NCBI GenBank assembly: GCA_951406725.2
Contig: OX597823.1
Coordinates: forward strand, 94,798,001 to 94,862,000
Source of the DNA: Octopus vulgaris
Taxonomy: Eukaryota
Reading direction: 5' to 3'
DNA length: 64,000 nucleotides
A program made the translations under genes and the position numbers. Below, piece after piece: positions 54,062 to 64,000 of the stretch; within the stretch, counting starts at the first letter, position 1; every line of letters starts with the position of its first letter. The notes beneath the pieces are model-generated. The model ran no database searches. It saw only the letters and a list, made by a program, of their open reading frames with translations, and was not told the DNA's origin.

Positions 54062-54500
54062 GAGCACAGAAAAAAAACAAGGAGAGAAAAAAATGTACGT
54101 GTGTATATATATGTATATACATACACACATACATAGACACAAAGAAAGAATGAGGAGATTTAACAAAAACCTATGGTATTTCAGAGTTTATCCACTGTGG
54201 GTTGGTTTTTCCTGCAACGGATGTGGTCGGGTAGCAAGTTTCTGACCCAAGCATTGAAAGACCCAAAGGGATCTAATAAACCGTCCTCCCTGAAACACTA
54301 CACTTTCCACCTCATGCTTTTTATTCTGGCTTTCATTGAACTGCTTTTATCAACAGACATAACATCCTTAGATTCTTGAAGCTCTCGGGAGGAGGGGGAG
54401 TTTTGCTATTCCCTGTGGGTGATGCTGTGATGTTCATTCAAGTGACAAGAGAAACAAAATATAAAAAACAATAATGGAATAAAAAAAAATAATAATAAAA

Positions 54501-54506
54501 TTTATT
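54501..54506 (-). promoter_or_regulatory. Candidate PAN2 polyadenylation signal AATAAA
   Basis: TTTATT on + ~340 nt past the PAN2 stop, followed on - by a T-rich tract. Confidence 0.4.
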
Positions 54507-54562
54507 TAGAAGACATTTTAAAAAATATTATTTAAAAGATATATCTCATTTAAAAGACACAT

Positions 54563-54569
54563 TTATATA

Positions 54570-54603
<34 letters not shown>

Positions 54604-54656
54604 CATACATACATATATACATATACATACATACATATATATATATATACATATAT

Positions 54657-54705
<49 letters not shown>
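54563..54705. repeat. (TA)n/(CATA)n microsatellite in putative PAN2 3'UTR
   Basis: Direct observation. Confidence 0.9.
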
Positions 54706-54848
54706 ACACATAAATAAATGCATGTGGGCATAAAAAAAAATGAATCTGATGATATGATAAAATTATAATAATGTTAATTTTTCTATTTTTGGTTTTTCTT
54801 TAGAAAAATAGATGTCTCTGTTGTTGTTGAGTTTAAATTGTCTGTTTG

Positions 54849-55060
54849 TCAACATGTGAATACCGGAAGCATCGCCTCTGCAAGTTCTTCCGGCGGCGGC
54901 AGCTTCCACTGAACTTTCCGTCCGTATTCATAAAGATTCTTAATGACGTTCTTGATGTGGTTTTCGCCTTTCTTGGCCATTTCCTCGTACAGGCGATACA
55001 AACGCAGGGCGCTACGTGCGTCTTCTATTGAGTCATGGGTGAAAGACTGGATATCCATTT
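54849..55060 (-). CDS. PAN2: PAN2 terminal coding exon: MDIQSFTHDSIEDARSALRLYRLY...LYEYGRKVQWKLP...FTC*
   Basis: tttcag acceptor; THDSIEDAR ExoIII motif of the PAN2 DEDD nuclease; TGA stop. Confidence 0.95.
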
Positions 55061-55221
55061 CTGAAAGTAGATTGAGCTCAGCAAATAACTTATCAACAAT
55101 AACAAACAGTAACACCTTTCCTGCCTCTGTTCATTATTAATTTAACCCTTTGCCATTCTGATTCCTTTGTCAAATGCGATGCTTATTTAAGCACTTTATT
55201 TTTAATTGATTATGACGTTAA

Positions 55222-55447
55222 CCCTTTCGTTACCAACCTGGCTGAAACCAGCTCTGGCTCTGAGTACAAATATCTTGTTTTGTTTCATTAAGTTTTGAAA
55301 TAAAATCTTCCACCAAACCTTAGTCACAATTTATGTTCCTAATACTAGCTTAATGATAACTAAGTTATTTTACTAAATTCTTTGTTATATTTAAAATTAA
55401 TTGAAAGAAGCACATAGCATCTCAACAGAAATATGGTCACAAAAGGC
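55222..55447. mobile_element. piggyBac-family MITE copy 1
   Basis: TTAA flanks; left TIR CCCTTTCGTTAC; homologous to copy 2. Confidence 0.85.
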
Positions 55448-55478
55448 TTAAAATATATAAAAGAGAAACAATTCTTAA

Positions 55479-55701
55479 CCCTTTCATTACCAACCCAGCT
55501 GAAACCAGCTCTGGATCTGTAGTATAAATGTCTTGTTTACATAAGTTTTGAATTAAAATCTTCCACCAAACCTTAGTCACAGTTTATGTTCCTAACACTA
55601 AGCTTAATGATAACTAAGTTAATTTACTAAATTCTTTGTTATATTTAAAATTAATTGAAAGGAACACAGAACATCTCAAAATAAATACAGTAACGAAAGG
55701 A
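55479..55701. mobile_element. piggyBac-family MITE copy 2
   Basis: TTAA flanks; CCCTTTCATTAC ... GTAACGAAAGGA ends. Confidence 0.85.
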
Positions 55702-56408
55702 TTAAAATGATGATGGTGACATATCAGAGCATCGAGATTTCAATGATGTGATTACTTATTTTTAGAATGACATTGTAGGGTATGTGTGAGAGGCCAGATA
55801 TGGCTAATTTTAACATAAAATGGGTAGAATATTTCACCCGGGTATATCCAGGTATGAATGCCAAAAGGGTTAAGGCAAATGGGCAGAGTCAACAGGATCT
55901 AACCTCAGGATATTACTGGTGCATAATTTATTAACCCTGGTTGGGTGGAATAAAAGATAAAGTTGATTTTGGACATTAAAAGCTACAGGGTAGCAACGTT
56001 GGGTATCACATCCCTTTCTATATTCTGGCCTGGTTGTGCCAACTACACTACTTTGGTAAAAGTAATTAACAGTATGAAGTTTGAAATCTGCAGATGTGGA
56101 GGTTGGTGGTATTTATGCCTTTCCAAAAGAAATTAGCAATACAAGTCAAACAGGAAATTGAAGTCTGTCATTGAAGTTTGGTCCTGACACTGTCTTGATG
56201 CCAGTTGTATCTGATTTGGGCACAAGGCCAGCAATTTTGAAGGGAGGGAAAATTATTCAATGCCATTGGCCCCAGTCCTTGACAGGTACATTATTTATCA
56301 ACCCCAAAATGATGAATAACAGAGTTGACTGCATCGGGATTTGAACCCAGAAATACAGCCAAGCATTTTACTTGGAATGCTAACAATTCAGCCAACCAGC
56401 ACACCACC

Positions 56409-56445
<37 letters not shown>

Positions 56446-56990
56446 CAATAATAATAATAGCATGGAAAACGGACGCTAAACGATGATGATGATGATGATG
56501 AATAGTCATTCTGTCTGATGCTTTAACTACAAATCTAATGCCCTTTTGATAGTAACAACTTGGGTGTGTGTGTGGAAGGTGGGTAGCTGGTTTAATTTAT
56601 AAATAACTGCAACCCTGCTGGTGCTACATCAAAAGCAGCCAGTCCACCTGTAAAGTGACCGGCATTAGGAAGGACACCCAGCCATAGAAACCATGTCCGG
56701 TGCAGTCCTCTGGCTTGCCAGCTCCGGTCAAACTGTCCAACCCATACCTGCATGGGAAACAGATGACAATGATGATAAATAATATAAACGAGCTTCTTCT
56801 GGTAATAAAAGCTGGGTCAGTGATTTGGTTCACCAAGAACTACTCCTTGGAAATAAGTTGATTATGAAATCTTTGCATTTGACTATTTAATTAAAATCAT
56901 CAATTAACAGACATTATAACAATGAAAATTAATTACAGTAATTAAAAACACTAGACAAGTAAGAAATAAAAAAAGGTGTTTCTCACTAAC

Positions 56991-57084
56991 TTAAAAAGTA
57001 GCGAACCAAAAACTTGAGTGATATGTTTCTTTGCCTTGGCTGCCGTAATAGTTCGACTGTATCAACAATTTGTTTCTTGGGGAC
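56991..57084 (-). CDS. PAN2: PAN2 exon: VPKKQIVDTVELLRQPRQRNISLKFLVRYFL
   Basis: gtgtag acceptor, GTTAGT donor; VPxxQxxDTV...ISLxFL motif; phase consistent. Confidence 0.95.
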
Positions 57085-58041
57085 CTACACAAAAATGTAA
57101 AATAACAAGGTATTCACAGAACATCACAATTTCTTCAAATCAGACAGTTTGAGTAAATACTAGGCAATTCCTGCTGTGAAGATTAATTAATTGAAAGCTC
57201 ATATTCTGAGAATTAGGGATTCACAATAACTAATGTGGAAACAATGGAAATATTTTTTTTTTTTTAAAACGTTTTGCAAATGATCTCTGGGTTCTTATTT
57301 CTTTATTGCCCGCAAAGGGCTAAACATATAGAGGACAAACAAGGACAGACAAAGGAATTAGTCGATTACATCGACCCCAGTGCGTAACTGGTACTTAATT
57401 TAACGACCCCGAAAGGATGAAAGGCAAACTCGACCTCGGTGGAATTTAAACTCAGAACATAAAGACAGACGGAATACCTATTTCTTTACTACCCACAAGG
57501 GGCTAAACATAGAGGAGACAAACAAGGACAGACAAACGGATTAAGTCGATTATATCGACCCCAGTGCATAACTGGTACTTATTTAATCGACCCCTAAAGG
57601 ATGAAAGGTGAAGTCGACCTCAGTGGAATTTGAACTCACAACGTAACGGCAGACGAAATACCGCTAAGCATTTCACCCAGCATGCTAACGTTTCAGCCAG
57701 CTTGCCGCCTTGCAATGTCCAGTAAACATCCTCTGCAAACTTTATCTATGAAATTTCTTTTGGGAGCATATCCTTATCAAGGGGTCATAAAAATGATTTT
57801 ACGCAACTGAAACACAAGTCAACCTATAAACAGTACATGCAGCATCTCATAAGCTGTGCATCCGACCGAATACCAACTCCTGCCTCCCTTCATGAATACA
57901 AAAACATAAACCAGCTTCTTCTCTGAGCCTTCCAGAACTTTCCCATTGCAAAGCAATTCCGATACAAAATCAGAATTAAAGGTTGTCCAGCTCTAATCTT
58001 CACAGCAATTTGAACTGCAAAGAAAAGGGGTTGGACATTAA

Positions 58042-59084
58042 CCCTTTCGTTACCAAACCGCCCAAAGCCGCCCGAATTTACCTATTCATATTTAAATGAG
58101 AATATCAGAGCAAATCTCTTCAGTACATTCATGAAAACACGTATTATACTTCGTAAACAGTTCAACTACAGTTTTGTACAATAATCGAAGTGTAATTTTA
58201 ATTCCGTGAATTTTGGGAGATTTTTTTCCGAAATTTGTTCCTATTGTGTTTTCAAAATTTGTAATTCTGACAAAAAATGGATACGAATTTCATTATATCA
58301 AGCAGCGAGTCAGAATTCAAAGGATTTTCTACTGAAGACCTTCATAAATCTAACTCTATGACTGAAAAAAAAAAGCACATGGTATTTGATAATGAATCTG
58401 ATGTTTCATTTTCCGAAAGTGAAAACAGTGAATCTGAGATCTCCGATAGCGATAAAGAAAACGAATTGGCACCTGAATGGAGTGAAAATTTAAAAACTGT
58501 TTCTTTCGGTGATTTTTCTGAAGAAACTGGACCAAGCCACAGACTTTCCCAGAAGGGTAAAGCCTTAGACTATTTCTATTTACTTTTTCGAATGAGCCTA
58601 TTTGAAATCATTACGGTGAAAACAAACCGTTACGCTAAACGTAAACAAAGCGAAAGAAACGATAGTTTGTTATTTCCCACAACCTTAAATGAAATTAAGG
58701 CCTATTTTGCCATAAATATTATTATGGGTATCAGAAAGTTACCCAGAATAACAAATTCTATCGTAAAATTTTGTTGTATACCCAATTGAATATTAGCTAA
58801 TAACCCATTTTCTATAGCGATGTTTGAACAAAATTTTAATAATTTTATATTTTGTGGAATTTACCTGTATCTACCTGTAATTAGAGTCACTTTGTGACAA
58901 AAATTATAGTATAGAATTGGTTGAGAATATTTCATTAAATTATCTTCCAAAAATCAGATTAATATATCGATAAATAAAAAAGTTATAGTTGTTTAATGAA
59001 ACCAGACTAAATTTATGACTACGTTAGAAATTAATTGAAACACATAAGGGGTGTAATTTGGTCAGAAATATAGTAACGAAAGGG
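58042..59084 (+). mobile_element. Internally deleted piggyBac transposon with truncated transposase ORF (58277-58789)
   Basis: TTAA on both sides; TIR CCCTTTCGTTAC; ORF has acidic N-terminus, LDYFYLLF, TNRYA, PTTLNEIKAYFAINIIMGI.KLP. Confidence 0.92.
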
Positions 59085-61208
59085 TTAATACTTACGGTTT
59101 CAATTCGGGGAAGAAAAGAGATTAAAAGTATATCTTGCTTGGGTAGGAGGACATAATTCAACTCAATAATAAAGATGAGACTGATATGGTTACACAACTT
59201 GTTTACATATGTTGCCTACGAGTCATCTTGACAATGAGCAGCCTTGCTCTTTGACAGATGGGAAGAGCTCCTGAGAGAGGGAGACCCCAAAGGAAGTCAA
59301 CGACATTGACTCAGAGACAAAATCTAAATGGCAATAACATGAATAATGGCGAGTCACGATGAAGACCACAGGAACTTTCCTCACATTCTAGAATCATACT
59401 TCTCTGATATTTCATTTGAATGCAGAATGGTAAGAATGGTAGCCAAACCAGCAAAACCAGATGGTCCAACAATATTCAAATATCCAAATTTATAAAACTA
59501 AAAATATATATTCCACTCTGGAAAAATAGTTGTAAAACATTAGAATAGGGCTTACTCTGGTTCTTTTTTTGTATTTGGTTTGCAAAGCAGACGTGGAAGA
59601 GAGAGGGGAAGTCACTAAAGAGGTTGCAAGTAATGACGAAAGGACTTTCACTAACAGTCGATTGATTGTTTAAAAGCAGCATATTAAAAAAAAAAATCAC
59701 TTAGATTGACTAACAAGAAATTGACTAACAAGAAAGAAGTGATCTTAAACTCATGTGTGTGTGGCATTATTATTGGAGTAATGACCCTCCCAAGACATAA
59801 GATTCAAATAGAGAAATTAAACAAAGCAAACAGAGAGAGAGATAAGAAAACTATTTCAACATTAATGGCTTGAAAAAATGTCGCTATTTTGGTAGTTTAG
59901 AAATTGTTGTATTCAGTAAGTTCTTAATATGAAGATTTTTTTGAAACAGCAACAAGAACACAACATTGGCATCAAAGAAATTAGCAGAAAGTTTAAAGTA
60001 ACGTTACATGTTCTATAAAAGCAAGAGGTGGAGTGACAACAATGTAAAGTTTAAAATCAAACCACATCCGACGACTGGCACCCGTGCCAACCTCCTTTCA
60101 CTGGACACTAAACTCTGCTTGCGAAGACCTATTGGGGCAAGTGATATCGAAATTGAACCAAATTCGATGACTGGCACCCGGTCGTTGCCAGTGCCGCTGG
60201 ACTGACTCCTGTGCAGGTGGCAAGTAAAGAAACACTGTTTCGACCATGTGCTTGAGGAGACCTATTGAGTCAAGTACATCAACATCAAAAATCAATGGAA
60301 ATTGTAGTTGTGATCCCTGTGCCGGTGGCACGTAAAAAGCACCATTCAAACGTGGCCGATACCAGCGCTGCCTAGACTGGCTTCCGTGCCGGTGGCACGT
60401 AAAAAGCACCACCTGATTGCGGCTGTTGCCAGCCTCGCCTGGCACCTGTGTCGGTGGCATGTAAAAAGCACCCACTACACCCACGGAGTGGTTGGCGTTA
60501 GAAAGGGCATCCAGCTGTAGAAACACTGCCAGATCAGACTGGAGCCTTCTGGCTTCCCAGACCCCGGTCGAACCGTCCAACCCATGCTAGCATGGAAAAC
60601 GGACGTTAAATGATGATGATGATGATTTTGTAAAAGATATGATGGTTACAATAAGAAGTTGCTTGAATGTTTATTTTCAATGTAAGCCTAAGGTCAGAAA
60701 TATAATGGTGGGGGTGGGGAACGGTTGAGTGCCAAAAGGATAGAAATGACAAAGCTAACTGTGGTAGGATTTCTAAACCTTATTGCAACCAAGCAGCTGC
60801 TTGAGTTGTGAGTGAAGCTGAAAAATGAGATACCATTGCTACCTGTCAGTCAAACTGTCCAACATATGCCAGCATGGAAAGCAGACGTTAAATGATGATG
60901 ATGATAATATATATATATATATATGAGGGGAGATTTTCATTTAGTTGATTGGCAAACGAAAAATAGCAGCCAAGTCTCCCTCAAATCAAACTTTACTATT
61001 TTAAACAGAAAACATTGAATTACTCAGAGACAAAAGCGCTGAAAAAATACATGATGGTCATGGGTGGACTCTTTGCAAGTAGGTTTTTTTTCCCTTATCA
61101 AATGACATATATGCATGTATATGCGTTTGTATAGGCATATAATGTGTATGTGTGTGTGTGTGTGTGTAATAATCGAATACGTGTAAATCTGAAGGTTTTG
61201 CTATTTAC

Positions 61209-61446
61209 TGAAATGTTGATAACTCTGAAGTCTTTTTTAAGTCCATGGCCGACAAAGCAAACGCCTTGGTCTACGAGGTATCGGAGTTTCATGTACGTTG
61301 ACTTGAGCGTGGTTAAATGTTTTGTGGAAACGGAAGCAATGAGATCATCAGGTTTAATGCCGGAATACTCTGTCAGATAGTCGACAACTTGTTCCTGCAT
61401 GGCGATATAGTCATCAATGAAAGGTTCACCGTGGAGAGGGCCATAT
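61209..61446 (-). CDS. PAN2: PAN2 exon: [30 protein letters not shown]...[16 protein letters not shown]
   Basis: tccag/GTAAAT boundaries; PFIDDYI, VVDYLT.YSGI, GHGLxKDFRVIN motifs. Confidence 0.97.
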
Positions 61447-62516
61447 CTGGATCGGGAAGAAATAGAAAGAAAAAAGAGATACATAAAATAATGACAGTTA
61501 TTTATAGTTTGTGTTGGGAAATGTAATGAGATGTGGTAATGTGTAAGAGAGAGATAGAGAGAGAGAGAAGAACAGTGATTGAAGATGTTGCAGGATGTAG
61601 AATGATGTAAGGTTATGGAAACTTGGAGCAGATAATAAGAGGAAACCCAACTGATTAGGGATTATGATGTGTGATGATGGTGTATGGCAGTGAAACATGG
61701 ATATAATGAAGGTTGATGATTGATGCTGATTTAATTGTTGGTATATGGCTGATGTGTAATGCTGACCAACAAGGAAGCAAATACTCTAGATATGATGCAT
61801 TTAGCCAGAAAAATGCTCCCATGGTGGTTTGACTTATAAAAGCAGTGATGCTGGTGCCACATAAAAAGCACCCTGTCCCACTGTGTAAAGTGGTTGGCAT
61901 TAGGGAGGGTTGGGCCTCACCAAAGCAATGACTAGTGACAGAGACCTTTGGAAATATGCTGTGCATGAGAAGACCTGGCAAGCCAAGTGAGACCATAACC
62001 CGAGGCCTATGCCAGTACTGTATAACCAGCCCACTTATGAGTACCCCTCATTCATTCAGAATGAGGGGAATCTGGAATGAAGGATAAATCTATTTTTAAT
62101 CAAGAACAAAGAAGAGATGCACCACCACTTCAAGCAATGCCAAAGTTTTAACTGTGTTACGTTTCAGGTGTGTTCAATGAAGATTTAGCTTGAAAAAGCT
62201 CAGAACTTTCTGGATGACCTAATATATATATACATATATTCACACACACGTGTGTGTGTGAAACCCACATGCAGTGTTGTCATCTCTTGTCAACGAATCA
62301 TCAACTCATTTTGTACCTTCAAAGACATAAAATCCATTCCTTGCTAAAAGAAAGTAAGGAACTTCTTATTTCACACTTGGAGAGCAAGCAAGGGTTAATG
62401 ACAGGAAGGGCATCTGGCTGTAAAACAATGAATGACTAATATAGATTCATCTAACTCATGCTAGCATGAAAAAAAAGAGATGTAAAACAGAGGAGCGAAT
62501 GACCAGTATAACTTAC

Positions 62517-62602
62517 CCTCGAACACAGGTCAATCGAGCAAGGGCAAGGTGCGATGGTTTCAATGTGGATCGTGTTCCATCACTTTTTAATTCTGCTTGT
62601 TC
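62517..62602 (-). CDS. PAN2: PAN2 exon: EQAELKSDGTRSTLKPSHLALARLTCVRG (gene continues beyond window)
   Basis: gacag/GTAAGT boundaries; AELxSDGTxST.KPS...AR.TCVRG motif. Confidence 0.95.
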
Positions 62603-62884
62603 CTGTCAGAAATTGGAAACAGAAAATATTACTTTCTACAATCAAAAACAACAGACTATACCAAAGATTCTCAACCACAGCTCCCAGGGCCTCATGCAGC
62701 CCTCAACAATCTTCCCTCTATAAATATAAAAATTTTTTCTTTAATTGACTTACGTTTGACTCCTTTGGGCACAGCCCAGGTTTTGTTGAGAGTCACTGGA
62801 TTAGACACGAAATCTGTTAGTTTCTCTTAAAACACGGGGTTTAGATTTTTATTTATTTATTACACAGGTATTGAGAGATAACGT

Positions 62885-63241
62885 TATTTACATTTGACGG
62901 ATATTTGTCCTCATCTTGTTTGTTGTTAACACGATATTTCGGCTGATATACCCTCCAGCCTTCATCAGGTGTCTGGGGAAATTTCGAACCTGTGTTCTCA
63001 TTCCATTACGCCATATGCCCACGGGCATATGGCATAATGGTTAAGAACGTGGGCTACCCCAAGATTCCGAGTTCGATTCCAAGCAGTGACCTGAGCAACA
63101 ACAATAACGAAAAACACCTTAGGAATGAGAACGCAGGTTCGAATTTTCCCCCAAGAGACCTGATGAAAGCTGGAGGGTATATCAGTTGAAATGTGTTAAC
63201 AACAAACAAAATGAGGACAAATATCCGACAAATGTAAATAA
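62885..63241. mobile_element. Head-to-head tRNA-headed element with Penelope-type HHR tails
   Basis: Inverted ~120 bp arms 62885-63004 and 63122-63241; central 18-bp hairpin 63003-63040; A box TGGCATAATGG (63030) and B box GAGTTCGATTCC (63069). Confidence 0.75.
62929..62972 (-). ncRNA. Minimal type-I hammerhead ribozyme motif
   Basis: ACAC-CTGATGA-A-GGCTG(gagggtatat)CAGCC-GAAA-TA-TC-GTGT. Confidence 0.75.
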
Positions 63242-63269
63242 TTCCTCATCTCTTAAATATAGAACTGTA

Positions 63270-63700
63270 TTGAGACAGAAGTTGGGCATAAGAGGAATTA
63301 GATGCAATGTGCAAGAGAGGAGACTGCAGTGGAGTGGTCATGTGATGCAGATGGATGGGGACAGTTGCATAAAAAAGTGCCAATCACTCAAAGTGGAGGG
63401 AAGTTGACCCAGGAAGACATGGGATGAGGTCCTGAACCTTACAAAGGAGATGAAAGAGGACCGAGATATGTAGAACAAGGCCTGCCCACCACAATAGAAC
63501 CGAGACCCTAAAACCAAGGTGCCATATAAAAAGCATTGGTGCAGGTTCCACTTAAAAAGCACCCAGTACGCTCTGTGGAGTGGTTGGCATAAGGAAGGGC
63601 AAGCAGCTGCAGATACCAAATGAAAAAAGAGTATGGAACCTGGAGTGCTCCAGGCCTCACCAGTTCCTGTCCAACACATGCCAGCATGGAAAAGTGGACA
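63270..63700 (+). mobile_element. Degenerate RTE LINE 3' fragment
   Basis: LRQKLGIRGIRCNVQERRLQWSGHVMQM followed by the family 3' terminal motif. Confidence 0.75.
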
Positions 63701-64000
63701 GTCCATCTATAATTGCGACAAAACTTGATATCTAATTCTTCACTTTACTAGAAAAGTCCTGTGACAATGAATATCTGCACAGACACACACACATGCATGC
63801 ACGTGCAAGGACAATTATTTGATGAGTCAACAATCAGGAGCCACAACATGACTGCCTGGTCTGCTAGAAATAGCAACCAAATCTTTTTCAGATTCATTCT
63901 CTGTGAAATGAAGGCCACATTGCAGTCCTAGACATATTATGATAGGATGGTTGTTGCTGGTAGTTCTTTCTTTTCTTTGATCTGGTCACAGTTTAAGTAA

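Larger units (their letters stand above)
55146..55869. mobile_element. Host TTAA-MITE (CCCTTTAGCA family) split by two nested MITEs; related copies ~150-357, 9797-9920, 38380-38602
   Basis: TTAA-CCCTTT...AAAGGG-TTAA ends; shared internal motif gtagggtaggtgtgagagg. Confidence 0.75.

Noticed and set aside
63023-63092. Functional tRNA gene
   Set aside because: A and B boxes are present but there is no complete cloverleaf or acceptor stem; SINE head

Overview
Eukaryotic, AT-rich, repeat-dense genomic DNA, most likely a cephalopod (Octopus-like; inferred from the SINE/LINE/microsatellite make-up, not proven). Two convergent spliced genes: DCAF6 (IQWD1; WD40 CUL4-DDB1 adaptor) on + with 15 coding exons from 11851 to 47658 (first coding exon not found, probably upstream of the window), and the last four coding exons of PAN2 (DEDD deadenylase domain) on - (62602 to 54849). 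Introns and the intergenic gap hold tRNA-derived SINEs, RTE-clade LINE 3' fragments, Penelope-like RT fragments, piggyBac/mariner/hAT MITEs and Helitron-like elements, often nested. The most interesting signal is a set of minimal type-I hammerhead ribozyme (HHR) motifs in Penelope-type termini. They include a near-perfect ~445 bp fold-back with an HHR in each arm (34561-35004) and a head-to-head element joining a tRNA-like Pol III head to an HHR tail (62885-63241). All calls were read by eye; no searches or folding programs were run. Most ORFs in the supplied track are spurious repeat translations.
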